From a virus (lineage: Duplodnaviria; Caudoviricetes), in IMG/VR virus record IMGVR_UViG_3300025372_000010, positions 32,001 to 96,000 of that record: a stretch of DNA of 64,000 nt. One strand, 5' to 3'. Made by a program: the position numbers and the translations under genes. Positions within the stretch are counted from its first letter, which is position 1. Every line of letters begins with the position of its first letter. The notes under the pieces were generated by a model. That model was not told where the DNA came from. It worked only from the letters and a program-made list of their open reading frames with translations, and ran no database searches. This document shows positions 30,477 through 39,890 of the stretch, piece by piece.

Positions 30477-33400
30477 ATGGCTTGTTACGTTAAAAAGAAT
30501 GACCTTGGTTTAATCACAGAAGTAAGACTTCCTGATGGAAAAACTATGTCTAAAGCTTACTATGACATCTTACAACATGTTCAAGAAGGTATTCCTTCTG
30601 AGCACATTATGAATACTTTAGCTTCTTTACGTGAGTATGAAGGTAAATATATCTCTGATACAAAGAGTAATGATCAACGAGCTCTTGGATTATACATGCA
30701 TTTATATGACCAGTCTTTTAGACAATGGTATGGTGATTGGACAACTGAGCCAAAGATTAATAATGATGCTACTATTACTAGAGCAGATGGAGAGACTCGT
30801 TCTATCTATGACTTTGGTAAATATAAGAATAATGCAAGCGAGACTTTATATTCCGCTAGAACTGCAGCAACAGGTAGATTACTTAAACAAGTAGATTTAA
30901 CTGTTAAGGAGTTAAGAGACCGTATTAAGCTAGCTATTGATGCCCGTGAGAAATCTAAGCTTAACGCTGACTACACTAAAGATCAGAAGATCGAGAGAGA
31001 AAGATACTATAACAAGATTATAAAAGTACTTAACCAACAAGTTGAGACTCTTATAAAGAATAATAATGTTGACTATGTGTTAGCTCAGGGATTGTCTGAT
31101 ATGAAAGTCATTAAGAACATATTATCAGGTCCTATAGTCAGTCTAACAGAGATCAGATTTATGGATGACATCGTTCAAGCTTGGACAAATATTGAAACTG
31201 TACTAGGTATACAGTCAATTGATGATCTACCAGAAGATAACGAAGAGCAAAAGAATAGAAAGGAAAGAGCTACACAAATATTAAATAATGCTGATTTTGC
31301 TAAAAAAAGTATTGCTAACTTAGCTAAGAAGCAAATTGTTGAAGCTTATAACAACTCTATGCCTGAGGGTCAAGAGATCACAGTAAAAGACTTAAATGCA
31401 TTTAAAGATGTATCTATGTGGAAGTCTTTAGCTAGAGATATCACAACTGTAGATAATAAGTCTGTAGCTTATTTAGCTAAGATTATCAATGAAGCTAATC
31501 TAAAGATAACTAAAGAGCACAACAGAAACTATGAGTCTATAGATAAGGCATATGATGATATCAAGAATCACCCAGAGATTGTTAAGAATGGATTTAACAT
31601 ATTCATCAAAGAACAAAAGGGAGCTCTTGGTACAAGTACTTTAGGATTGACTAATAGATTCTCTCAGGTGTTTTATGATACTATGAGAAATCAAGGAGCC
31701 ATCTTAAATGCTAAAATTGAGGCTGCCGGGGAAGATAAAGAAGCAGTAAAAGCTGCTTACAAAACTTATAATGATTGGGTGGCTAAGAATACTGTGTTAT
31801 TTAACTCAGCTCCTTTCTTAAACACTGAAGCTTATACAGATGCACAAAGAATCGAAGTAGTAAATGATCTTAAGAAACAAGGATTCACTGAAGATGAGAT
31901 TGGCGATATGATTCGTGAAGCAGGTAAGAGATACCAAGATTATAATGAGTATGCTGAAAAGTTCAGAACTACTTTATATCTAGATATTATGTCTGGTGAC
32001 TTGGAAGTACCAGAAGGAGAAAATGAGGATGAGTTTGTTAACAAGCGTGTTGAAGAATGGAAAAAGATTAACGATCCTATTGCATACATAGAACACATTA
32101 ACAACTTGAATCAAGGATTGTTTTCTACATTCTCTGCTTTTAAAGGCGGACGTTATGCTGTTAAGTTTCCTCAGAAGACAGTTGACGGTAAAGATTCTAA
32201 CTATTATGATGACAACTTTACTAAGATTGCAGCTGATAAGAAGCTATACAACTTCTATTTATTCTTTAGAAACTTTGTAGAAGAACAACTTAGTTATCTT
32301 CCTCAGGAAGAAATCGATAAGCTTGGCTCTAACTTCTTACCAGTTATTATGGAAAGAATGGCTAAAGAATATGGTTTTAGTAGCTTAAAAGAAGTGAGTA
32401 AGAATATGGGTGATTGGTTCTTTAAACAGTTAACTAGTGTTGACTATAAAGAAAATAAGCGAATAGATCCTATTACAGAAAAAGTAAGAAGAAGCTTTAC
32501 TACTAAATTCATCAATGAAGATGTAGACACTGAAGAAAGATCTAAAGATATGGTCTTGATGATGAAGCTATTTAGTGATATGGCTTTGATATATAAACAC
32601 AAGATCCAAATTCAGGATCAGGTAGATAGTATTAATGATATTATACAAAGTGCAGATGCAACTATTGTACAAAACAATCTTGAAAAGCGTGAAGAAAAAG
32701 GTAAAGCTCCTGCTAATCTACAGAACATGGTGGGAAGTGCGGTGCTTAGATCTTTTTATCAAGTGGCACCAGAACCTCAGGGGTTAATTCAAAACAGAAG
32801 ATTCTATAATGCATTAGAGCTATTAAGCTTTGGTACGGTTAAATCTAAAGAGTATAAACAAGCTCTTGTTTTACAACAAAGTATACAAGATCTATCTAAA
32901 AAGTTAGAGTCTGACACTTTGAAAGAAGCAGACAGACTTAAGTTAGAAGAGCAGGTTCGTAACTTAAAGAAAGAATACTATGAGCTTGGAGGTCGTAACC
33001 TAAGTATGAGCTCTGTATTGGATGGTATGAATAAACTTACTCGTCAAAAAGGTATTGGTCTTAACCCTTTTGCAGCTATTAGAAACTTAGCGGTGGGTGG
33101 ATTGAATAACTTCATCCATGCTTATGGAGGAGAAGACTATTCTACTAAAGACTTTTACACTGCTACAGGTATTATAAAAGACAGTGCAGCTAAATATCTT
33201 ACATGGGGTAATAGTAACTCTATTAATGCTATGAAGATATTGAAGTTCAATCTAGATTCTAAGATTGTTGATGGAGAGGATGAGATCTTTAAAGGAAGTG
33301 TAAGTGCTATTAATAAAGCTAGCACATGGGAAACTATTAAGAAATATGTACCTAGTCCTTTTGGATTGATGAGATCTACTGACTATTTGTTTAAATCTCA

Positions 33401-34262
33401 AACATCTGTATCTATGATGTTAGCTCAGAAAGTTGAGACTAGTAAAGGTACGTTTAACTTATTTGAAGTTATGGATGAGAATCTAAACTTCAACTCAGCT
33501 AAGTATGGTGAGTGGGATGTAGAAAAGAATGGTGGTTTAACTTTTGATGAGTTATACGATAAGTTCTCAGCTAAAGTGGGACAAGTAGCTAGAAAGCTAC
33601 ATGGTTTTGCCGGTGGTGGTTTATCATTAGCAGCTAAAGATTCTATGTATTGGAGAATGCTAATGGTGTTTAGAACATGGTTACCAGAGACTATTGCTAA
33701 CCGTTTTGAAAAGAATAGATATGACCCTATCTTAGAACGCAATACAGAGGGTTATTACAGGACTTTTTGGAATGTTCTTAAAGAAGATCCAGCTGGTATA
33801 TTTAAAGCGATGTATCAAGCTGCAGTGAGCAAACAAGTGGGTAATCTATCTAAAGAGGAAGTAGCTAACTTAAGAAAGATGATGATGGAGCTTACTACGA
33901 TTATGGGATTATTCTCTATGTACTTAGCATTATCTGCTAGTGTAGGGGATGATGATAAGACTAAATGGAAGAGATTAGCTCTTAACCAGCTTAACTTATT
34001 AGCCCGAGATATGACTTACTATCTAGATCCATACTCTGCTAAATCTCTATTAGAGAATACAGTACCTGCAATGACTACTGTTACACAATCATTAGATGCT
34101 CTTAAAGCTATAGGTAACTATGCGGTGGGAACTGAAAATGCACAAGGTGATCCACTATATGATGGACAAAGAACTATATTAAAGATTACAAAAGCTCTAC
34201 CTTATGTCAACAACGTAAATAGAGTGATCTATTACTCTGGTAGAATGGGTAATGTAAGATAA
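30477..34262 (+). CDS. Giant ejection protein following vRNAP
   Basis: 1261 aa; helical; C-terminal 'FRTWLP...EGYYRT' segment and hydrophobic stretch; starts MAC. Confidence 0.7.
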   Translation: MACYVKKNDLGLITEVRLPDGKTMSKAYYDILQHVQEGIPSEHIMNTLASLREYEGKYISDTKSNDQRALGLYMHLYDQSFRQWYGDWTTEPKINNDATITRADGETRSIYDFGKYKNNASETLYSARTAATGRLLKQVDLTVKELRDRIKLAIDAREKSKLNADYTKDQKIERERYYNKIIKVLNQQVETLIKNNNVDYVLAQGLSDMKVIKNILSGPIVSLTEIRFMDDIVQAWTNIETVLGIQSIDDLPEDNEEQKNRKERATQILNNADFAKKSIANLAKKQIVEAYNNSMPEGQEITVKDLNAFKDVSMWKSLARDITTVDNKSVAYLAKIINEANLKITKEHNRNYESIDKAYDDIKNHPEIVKNGFNIFIKEQKGALGTSTLGLTNRFSQVFYDTMRNQGAILNAKIEAAGEDKEAVKAAYKTYNDWVAKNTVLFNSAPFLNTEAYTDAQRIEVVNDLKKQGFTEDEIGDMIREAGKRYQDYNEYAEKFRTTLYLDIMSGDLEVPEGENEDEFVNKRVEEWKKINDPIAYIEHINNLNQGLFSTFSAFKGGRYAVKFPQKTVDGKDSNYYDDNFTKIAADKKLYNFYLFFRNFVEEQLSYLPQEEIDKLGSNFLPVIMERMAKEYGFSSLKEVSKNMGDWFFKQLTSVDYKENKRIDPITEKVRRSFTTKFINEDVDTEERSKDMVLMMKLFSDMALIYKHKIQIQDQVDSINDIIQSADATIVQNNLEKREEKGKAPANLQNMVGSAVLRSFYQVAPEPQGLIQNRRFYNALELLSFGTVKSKEYKQALVLQQSIQDLSKKLESDTLKEADRLKLEEQVRNLKKEYYELGGRNLSMSSVLDGMNKLTRQKGIGLNPFAAIRNLAVGGLNNFIHAYGGEDYSTKDFYTATGIIKDSAAKYLTWGNSNSINAMKILKFNLDSKIVDGEDEIFKGSVSAINKASTWETIKKYVPSPFGLMRSTDYLFKSQTSVSMMLAQKVETSKGTFNLFEVMDENLNFNSAKYGEWDVEKNGGLTFDELYDKFSAKVGQVARKLHGFAGGGLSLAAKDSMYWRMLMVFRTWLPETIANRFEKNRYDPILERNTEGYYRTFWNVLKEDPAGIFKAMYQAAVSKQVGNLSKEEVANLRKMMMELTTIMGLFSMYLALSASVGDDDKTKWKRLALNQLNLLARDMTYYLDPYSAKSLLENTVPAMTTVTQSLDALKAIGNYAVGTENAQGDPLYDGQRTILKITKALPYVNNVNRVIYYSGRMGNVR

Positions 34263-34267
34263 TAATA

Positions 34268-34298
34268 AAGAAGGGGACCATTACAATCCCCTTTCTTA
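34268..34298. terminator. Bidirectional intrinsic terminator between convergent blocks
   Basis: AAGAAGGGGA-ccattacaa-TCCCCTTTCTT hairpin with A/T-rich flanks. Confidence 0.75.
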
Positions 34299-34299
34299 T

Positions 34300-34479
34300 T
34301 TAGTCCTTACGCTTCTTCCAAATACTAAAGTTAATCGTGAGTAACATTAACCCGATTGCAAAAGTCTTTCTTACAACTGGTTCTCCTGTTTCAGCATCAA
34401 CCTCTTCATATCTATGAAGTGCGATACCTAGATCAAACATTAAGTAGTGCGGATCAAACACGATAATCTCTATTTGCAT
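34300..34479 (-). CDS. Hypothetical protein
   Basis: Likely start MQIEII at 34479; 59 aa; packed in operon. Confidence 0.55.
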   Translation of the reverse strand: MQIEIIVFDPHYLMFDLGIALHRYEEVDAETGEPVVRKTFAIGLMLLTINFSIWKKRKD

Positions 34480-34484
34480 AATTG

Positions 34485-34925
34485 TTATTTTTCCATAGTA
34501 AAAGGATGCTTGCCTAAGTAGCAATCTTGGTCCCAATCCATGTGCTTCTTAAATCCATTTATGTAGCTTTGAATATTACTCGCACCTACGGGATTATGGC
34601 TGTGCACACAACAGCTATTTATTTTTTGCTTATGATTGACAGCGTATTCAACTAAAAACTTAGCACAGTCAAGGCCAGTTTTTTCTTTGAAGCTGTCATA
34701 GTCTGGATGCTGATAACCATGCATAGCAACTTGATTATAATAATCGTTGATATGCTCATCTGCTAAATCATGGTCAAAGCTAACCAAGTCAGGTATACCA
34801 TTTTTTGTTATCCAAGCAGCAAACTCATTATAGTTTCTTACTACTTGCCAGGGATGGTAACCTGGTATTGTGTCTGTGGGAGTTCTGCAGTCATCTAAGT
34901 ATAGACAATTCTTAAGCTTTTTCAT
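34485..34925 (-). CDS. Cyclic-phosphate-processing receiver-domain protein
   Basis: 'LYLDD.R.P...W.VVRNY.EF...VSFDHDL...KTGLDCAKFL...VHSHNPVG' signature. Confidence 0.75.
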   Translation of the reverse strand: MKKLKNCLYLDDCRTPTDTIPGYHPWQVVRNYNEFAAWITKNGIPDLVSFDHDLADEHINDYYNQVAMHGYQHPDYDSFKEKTGLDCAKFLVEYAVNHKQKINSCCVHSHNPVGASNIQSYINGFKKHMDWDQDCYLGKHPFTMEK

Positions 34926-35361
34926 CTAGTCTTTTTTTAAGTTCTACAATCTCATTCTGCATAACGATTTGATTACCAACTAGTTTTGCAAACTCTTCTT
35001 GTATCTTGTGGTTGTTTATTTTTATAGCATCTTCTAGCTGTAACACCCTACTTGATAAACTATGTAGTGCTTTAGTATAAGCACTTAAATCTATTTGACT
35101 AACATGTGTACCTCCTATTGGGGTACCATCTATTGTACACTTACTTTCTACACTAAATCCTGTAGGAATATTAACATACTCTACATTTTTATAGTCAGAA
35201 TAAGGCTCTATATGAATTACAGTTAATGCACTAGATCCTTGTTTTACTGTAGTAGTTACACAAGATAAGTTGTCTGATAACCAAGCTATCATTTCTTCAT
35301 GTAAAAAGAACTTAGGTTTCTGACCCTCCGTCCTTTGTTCTGTTAGTATCTCTGTCAGCAT
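34912..35361 (-). CDS. Hypothetical protein with C-terminal coiled coil
   Basis: ORF track 34912-35430; start uncertain, MLTEIL more likely. Confidence 0.5.
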   Translation of the reverse strand: MLTEILTEQRTEGQKPKFFLHEEMIAWLSDNLSCVTTTVKQGSSALTVIHIEPYSDYKNVEYVNIPTGFSVESKCTIDGTPIGGTHVSQIDLSAYTKALHSLSSRVLQLEDAIKINNHKIQEEFAKLVGNQIVMQNEIVELKKRLDEKA

Positions 35362-35521
35362 CTTCTTGTAATTTAGTATTACCTCTTTTATGAGGTTTTG
35401 TATAAGGACAATGTCTGCACTGATTACCACAACAGCTTTTTCTGTTCTTATGGAACTCTGCAGTGAATATCACTCTATCTTTTTCTAGATAGTAATCTCG
35501 GTTAAACTCTATTACTTTCAC
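35312..35521 (-). CDS. Small Cys-rich protein (DUF5522-like)
   Basis: 'YYLE..R.IFTA.FH..R..CCGNQCRHCPY'. Confidence 0.7.
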   Translation of the reverse strand: MKVIEFNRDYYLEKDRVIFTAEFHKNRKSCCGNQCRHCPYTKPHKRGNTKLQEDADRDTNRTKDGGSET

Positions 35522-35991
35522 AGGTCTTTATTTTCTTCTGTCTTATTAGCTTCTATTTCTGAAAGCTTAAGCTGAATAAGCTTTTCACATTTCTGTTTCC
35601 AGCCACCAGATTCCACTTGAATCATAGTGACATTACAGTCATGGTTTTTAGCTTGAGTAAACTCTTCAGGATTATCATCTAAATGCCATAAGAACTTAGT
35701 ACCATTTAGATAGTTATACTTCCATTCCATGCATGTAAAACGTACATGATATCTAGGTATACCTAATCTATCTACTACTGCCCACAGCTGAGCATTTGGA
35801 TCACCAGTTGTGTTACTAGTAATCTTAGCCCATAATGCTTCAGGATATGCTTTAAACCATTTATGTTGATGGTTTGAATCATAGCGGGTAGTAACTACCC
35901 ATACTTCTACTCCTAGCTTAATAAGCTGAGCAGCATATTTTTGTACATCAGGTCTTTCTAATGTACCATCGAAATCAAAAGAACATTTCAT
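35518..35991 (-). CDS. HAD-superfamily hydrolase
   Basis: N-terminal 'FDFDGTL', 'VVTTR', K, and 'HLDDN' motifs. Confidence 0.75.
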   Translation of the reverse strand: MKCSFDFDGTLERPDVQKYAAQLIKLGVEVWVVTTRYDSNHQHKWFKAYPEALWAKITSNTTGDPNAQLWAVVDRLGIPRYHVRFTCMEWKYNYLNGTKFLWHLDDNPEEFTQAKNHDCNVTMIQVESGGWKQKCEKLIQLKLSEIEANKTEENKDL

Positions 35992-36104
35992 GCTAAGAAG
36001 TGTGTTATTGTTTTAATAATATAATACCATAGAGTTATCCCTATAGCAAATGCTGCACCCCAGAAGATTATGAAGTGCCAGTTCCAGTTTCTAATTCTTT
36101 TCAT
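35988..36104 (-). CDS. 38-aa membrane peptide (not in ORF track)
   Basis: MKRIRNWNWHFIIFWGAAFAIGITLWYYIIKTITHFLA*; its stop overlaps the next start (ATGA). Confidence 0.6.
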   Translation of the reverse strand: MKRIRNWNWHFIIFWGAAFAIGITLWYYIIKTITHFLA

Positions 36105-36288
36105 CTGTAGCATTTTCATTAAAGTGTTCTATACTATATGCTGCAGTAAGACTATCAATTTTCTTTTCTAGTGTTGGTATCTCCTTCACTTGTTCTTTTA
36201 ATGTCTTTATCTGAGTTCGTTGATTCTCTATCACGTAGAATAGCAATCCAACAGAAGCTAAGCTTAAAATCCCTTTTAGGTATTTCAT
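36091..36288 (-). CDS. Small membrane-anchored coiled-coil protein
   Basis: 65 aa; N-terminal hydrophobic segment. Confidence 0.55.
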   Translation of the reverse strand: MKYLKGILSLASVGLLFYVIENQRTQIKTLKEQVKEIPTLEKKIDSLTAAYSIEHFNENATDEKN

Positions 36289-36566
36289 AGACTGTAATAT
36301 TTTGTGGTTTTATCAATAAGTTCCAGGTCTCCATCTTTTATGGCTGATAGTCTAACAGCAACTTCGATTTGTAATGTAGGAGAGAATACTCTCTTCTTAG
36401 TATTACACTTATCGTGAATTCGAGTGGGAGTTAATCCCAACCGATGTCCTGCTTTCGCAAAGCTGCTGTAGACTGCTATCAGTTCTTGTTTTTCAGGGTT
36501 ATATACTTTTATACATGTGTCTTTGTAAAATCCGTTTAAATCGTTCTTCAGTTTCGGTGTTCCCAT
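36285..36566 (-). CDS. Small DNA-binding protein (NUMOD1-like HTH)
   Basis: 'IAVYSSFAKAGHRLGL...I...C' pattern. Confidence 0.5.
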   Translation of the reverse strand: MGTPKLKNDLNGFYKDTCIKVYNPEKQELIAVYSSFAKAGHRLGLTPTRIHDKCNTKKRVFSPTLQIEVAVRLSAIKDGDLELIDKTTKYYSL

Positions 36567-36587
36567 TCAATCTGTGATTTATAAGAT

Positions 36588-36619
36588 CAAAGTTAAGTAA
36601 CTCGTTTAACTTTTACAAA
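36588..36619 (-). promoter_or_regulatory. Bacteroidota sigma-A-type promoter
   Basis: TTTG-N20-TAACTTTG on the minus strand, matching the -33/-7 consensus TTTG/TAnnTTTG. Confidence 0.7.
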
Positions 36620-36870
36620 TTTACTGTACTATTTTTAATAGCCTCTTGCTGTTCATAATAGAGTTCTCTCACTCTGGCTCCTAACTCAGCATCGTTAGAA
36701 GTCTTATAAATAATAAAGTTAGGTACTACTATAGAAGATCGATCAGTTCCTGCAGAATAACAAGCTCTGCACATCTGACCAATACCTTCAACATACCCTA
36801 GTCTCATGTCAATATGGATAGACTCATCATAAGATGTTTCTACTCCGCATACTACGCAATTGTCTTTCAT
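36613..36870 (-). CDS. Zn-finger-like hypothetical protein
   Basis: CxxC...CxxC; 'YVEGIGQMC' motif. Confidence 0.6.
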   Translation of the reverse strand: MKDNCVVCGVETSYDESIHIDMRLGYVEGIGQMCRACYSAGTDRSSIVVPNFIIYKTSNDAELGARVRELYYEQQEAIKNSTVNL

Positions 36871-36873
36871 AGT

Positions 36874-37725
36874 TTAAAATATATAACGGATATTAATAGG
36901 ATCAAAGTACTCTGCGTATAAAGCAGTGAACTCTTCGATCATTTGTTTTTTAAGCTGCCACTTGTATCTAATGTTATCTGGAGCATACTGAGAATCTTTT
37001 GACTCTTGTATATCAGGTTTCCATAAAAGATCTCTGACAATATCTGAGTTACGCTCATGCTGATGTATGTTATGTGTTAGGAATATACACTCACACTTAA
37101 CATCCACACCTGCAGCTTTAAGCTGTTCAAATAACTTGCGGTATTCTTCTAACCAGCCCTTTTCATAAATGATAGGACTGAAGTTAATATGTACTTCCAT
37201 TACTTGTTGTAGCTTAGGTATCTCATTAATACGATCAATGATTTTATCTGTACCTGGCTCTAGTACATCTGAGTAAATCTGTGGCATAAGACTCACTCTG
37301 ATTCTATGTTTCTCTTTAATGAGTTGATAGTTATTAGGTAGGAACTTAGTAGGATATTTAGTAGCAAATGTAGTCTTTAGAAAAGGATCGATATTAAATG
37401 TATCGAATACTCTTTGCCAGTTATAATGCTTACTCATTAAAGGTATATCTGTACTACAGCCAATATCTATTGTGTAATAAACTGGATCTATCTGATTAGG
37501 TGTTTTTGGCCAATGCTGTTGACCTAACCAGGTTAGAATAGATCTAGTAATTTGATCAGTATTTGTATTTACATATACCTTATCATGATTGTATCTACCT
37601 ACATAACAATATGATTTCATACATCCCCCTAGACATCCGTAGACGTAGTTTGGACTAATAGCATCAGAGCTTCGTCCGTTGTCTCGTGTCTTTAGTGTTT
37701 TCGTAGACTGTTCTATTATTTGCAT
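36874..37725 (-). CDS. Spore-photoproduct-lyase-like radical SAM protein
   Basis: 'GCLGGCMKSYCY', 'DIGCSTD', 'FATKY', 'RIRVSLMP', 'HINFSPII', 'IRY' motifs of the SplB family. Confidence 0.75.
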   Translation of the reverse strand: MQIIEQSTKTLKTRDNGRSSDAISPNYVYGCLGGCMKSYCYVGRYNHDKVYVNTNTDQITRSILTWLGQQHWPKTPNQIDPVYYTIDIGCSTDIPLMSKHYNWQRVFDTFNIDPFLKTTFATKYPTKFLPNNYQLIKEKHRIRVSLMPQIYSDVLEPGTDKIIDRINEIPKLQQVMEVHINFSPIIYEKGWLEEYRKLFEQLKAAGVDVKCECIFLTHNIHQHERNSDIVRDLLWKPDIQESKDSQYAPDNIRYKWQLKKQMIEEFTALYAEYFDPINIRYIF

Positions 37726-37814
37726 ACACAGCTTTATTATCTTTTATAATAACCTTTGCGTAAGGTACTTTAAATCTTCTTCTCTTCTTTACAGAGATAT
37801 CAGTAACTGGTTGG

Positions 37815-38120
37815 TTATTCATCATCTTCTGTTGGATAAGGATGTTTACATAATCTATTTTGAACTAAATCAGCTAAGGTAGTTTTACCTTCTAATATCA
37901 TTTTAGCATGATTCTCACAAGGAACAAACCCTTCATGATCAAGAACCTTAGCTTGGTTTATTGATAAACTAAATTTTCGTTTACCATCTACTACTTCTCC
38001 ACAAAAAGCTTCTATACAACATTCTGGATAACCAAAATATCTACCAGTTATTTTCCAGTGTTCAACATCTTCTGAAAGTGTCTCTTCAAAAAACTCAGTT
38101 GGTTCACATGTTTCACACAT
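37815..38120 (-). CDS. Hypothetical protein
   Basis: 'G.YFGYPECCI..F...GFVPC..H' conserved-looking metal-binding pattern. Confidence 0.6.
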   Translation of the reverse strand: MCETCEPTEFFEETLSEDVEHWKITGRYFGYPECCIEAFCGEVVDGKRKFSLSINQAKVLDHEGFVPCENHAKMILEGKTTLADLVQNRLCKHPYPTEDDE

Positions 38121-38836
38121 TATAATATGTTTTCTTTTACTAAAATATTTTTTACTGTAGCAGTAAGAGCTTCAAGATCAGATACGTTAGCTATTTTATA
38201 ATCAAAGTTCCAGTTGTCAAGTCCGACTTCTGAAGGATGATTGTTAATAGGTTTAACTCCTGGTCTATCTACACGGATTATTATACCTTCTGCTTTCTTA
38301 ATAGCTTCTGCTTCATTAGGAAAGCGGGTGTCTGTTATAATCCAGTTAGGATATTTACCAATAGCAGTACCTCCAAATCTTACAGGTTCAATACCTGTAG
38401 CTTTGTAGTCTGCCATAAGAGCATTAACCCATGTATTAGGATGTAAACCATCTCTAAGACCATCGGTACCTAACTTTTGTAAGAACTCTCTAACAGACAT
38501 AGGAATCTCTTCATGTATTATATAAGATTCTTTAGGTGTAAACTTAGTAGTATCTCTAGCTTTATTCCATTCAGGACCAAGATTAGTCTTTTTAAACTGT
38601 TGATCCTCAAACATATTTTTATCTATGCCTGTAAGAAGACTAGCAATAACTTTAAGCTTGCCTGCCCACTTTTTGATCTGCCACTCAGATTCATCTACTA
38701 ACCACCACTCATTGTGTACATAGTTATTAAGTACTTCTTCTAAAGTGATTGCAGTAGGTCTGCATTGTAAATATTGTATAATAGTTCCTACGGCATCTTT
38801 TCCGGAACCACTATAGCCCGATAGTCCAATAATCAT
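38120..38836 (-). CDS. Deoxynucleoside monophosphate kinase
   Basis: 'IIGLSGYSGSGKD' P-loop, 'REFLQKLGT', 'ITDTRFPNE', 'HPSE'. Confidence 0.85.
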   Translation of the reverse strand: MIIGLSGYSGSGKDAVGTIIQYLQCRPTAITLEEVLNNYVHNEWWLVDESEWQIKKWAGKLKVIASLLTGIDKNMFEDQQFKKTNLGPEWNKARDTTKFTPKESYIIHEEIPMSVREFLQKLGTDGLRDGLHPNTWVNALMADYKATGIEPVRFGGTAIGKYPNWIITDTRFPNEAEAIKKAEGIIIRVDRPGVKPINNHPSEVGLDNWNFDYKIANVSDLEALTATVKNILVKENIL

Positions 38837-39156
38837 ATAGCTTCATTTGGGTTTATACCATGTTTCAGGCAGTGAACAACTTTATCATGTCCTGCTTTAG
38901 CTTCCTCCCATGTACAGTATCTCCACATTTCTTCATCATACTGTCCACCAAAGATCATAGTTTCAAATAATACAGGTCTTTTATCTTCAAACATCATATT
39001 ATGATCCATGTGTAAAAATACTGTAGATACTCTTTGACCATCTATAGTCTCATCACCTACATGTTTTAAAGGACTACGTAAATCTCCATTTAAAGGATAT
39101 TCTCCTTCTGGATAAGGCTCAGTAGTATGATCTTCATTTAGCTTATACCATTTCAT
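38833..39156 (-). CDS. Hypothetical protein
   Basis: 'VSTVFL..DH...LFETMIFGG...RY.TWEEA..GH' phage-type motif; likely start MKWY. Confidence 0.6.
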   Translation of the reverse strand: MKWYKLNEDHTTEPYPEGEYPLNGDLRSPLKHVGDETIDGQRVSTVFLHMDHNMMFEDKRPVLFETMIFGGQYDEEMWRYCTWEEAKAGHDKVVHCLKHGINPNEAI

Positions 39157-39505
39157 CATCATTAGTTTTAGGTGGTTCAGGAAAAGGTAAAGAGTCAGCT
39201 TTCCACTTGGCAGCCTGCTCTTCATTAAAGAACACTTCATCAGTTTCTTTAAATCTTTCTTTTTGTAACTCGTTTATTTTATGTTTTGTAAGGACTTCCT
39301 CCCTTTTGGTTAAATGATAGCCAAAACAGTGATGACAAAAATAATATCTACACTGCTCGACTTTTTGTACTCTTCTATTAACTCTTTTACCAAGGATATA
39401 ATCATAATGTCTACCCATGGTTTTGAGACCTATAAGAGCATTTTTTGCTTCTCCTGCTTTAGGATAACGAGTCTTCCCCGTTGCTTGACATTTGCTCTTT
39501 GCCAT
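39143..39505 (-). CDS. Hypothetical Zn-binding protein
   Basis: 'C..TGK.RY...RYYFCHHCFGYHLT'. Confidence 0.6.
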   Translation of the reverse strand: MAKSKCQATGKTRYPKAGEAKNALIGLKTMGRHYDYILGKRVNRRVQKVEQCRYYFCHHCFGYHLTKREEVLTKHKINELQKERFKETDEVFFNEEQAAKWKADSLPFPEPPKTNDDEMV

Positions 39506-39836
39506 ACTTATTGTCTACATAGTTTTGTACTAAGTCAATGACATTTTCCATATCATCTCCCTGCAGCTGAGACAGTTGTTCTGTTAAAAGCATTACATAT
39601 ACCATATCTGATTTATCTAGCTCTTTCTTTACTTCCATTACTGCTTGTGAGTTAGGTAGTAAATCATAAAGACTAGTCATAGCACTTTGGATTCTTTTCA
39701 TTGACTGATCCAAAGCATACTTTTGCTTCTGACTGGTTAACGCTTTAGCATATTGTATTCTTATCTCTATGCATTTCATATGCTGTAATACACAAGTAAA
39801 TAACTGTTTAACTGATTGTTTACTTAATTCTTCCAT
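39459..39836 (-). CDS. Hypothetical protein
   Basis: 125-aa helical ORF in operon. Confidence 0.55.
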   Translation of the reverse strand: MEELSKQSVKQLFTCVLQHMKCIEIRIQYAKALTSQKQKYALDQSMKRIQSAMTSLYDLLPNSQAVMEVKKELDKSDMVYVMLLTEQLSQLQGDDMENVIDLVQNYVDNKYGKEQMSSNGEDSLS

Positions 39837-39856
39837 TATACACTGACTTATTTAAG

Positions 39857-39884
39857 TTCGGGGAAAAGATGAGTTTTCCCCGAA
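39857..39884. other. Perfect 11-bp inverted repeat in intergenic gap
   Basis: TTCGGGGAAAA-gatgag-TTTTCCCCGAA; no U-tract on the minus strand. Confidence 0.65.
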
Positions 39885-39890
39885 ACTAGA

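Noticed and set aside
3376-33742. Many short minus-strand ORFs inside the structural genes
   Set aside because: Antisense shadows of long, well-supported + strand genes, with no motifs
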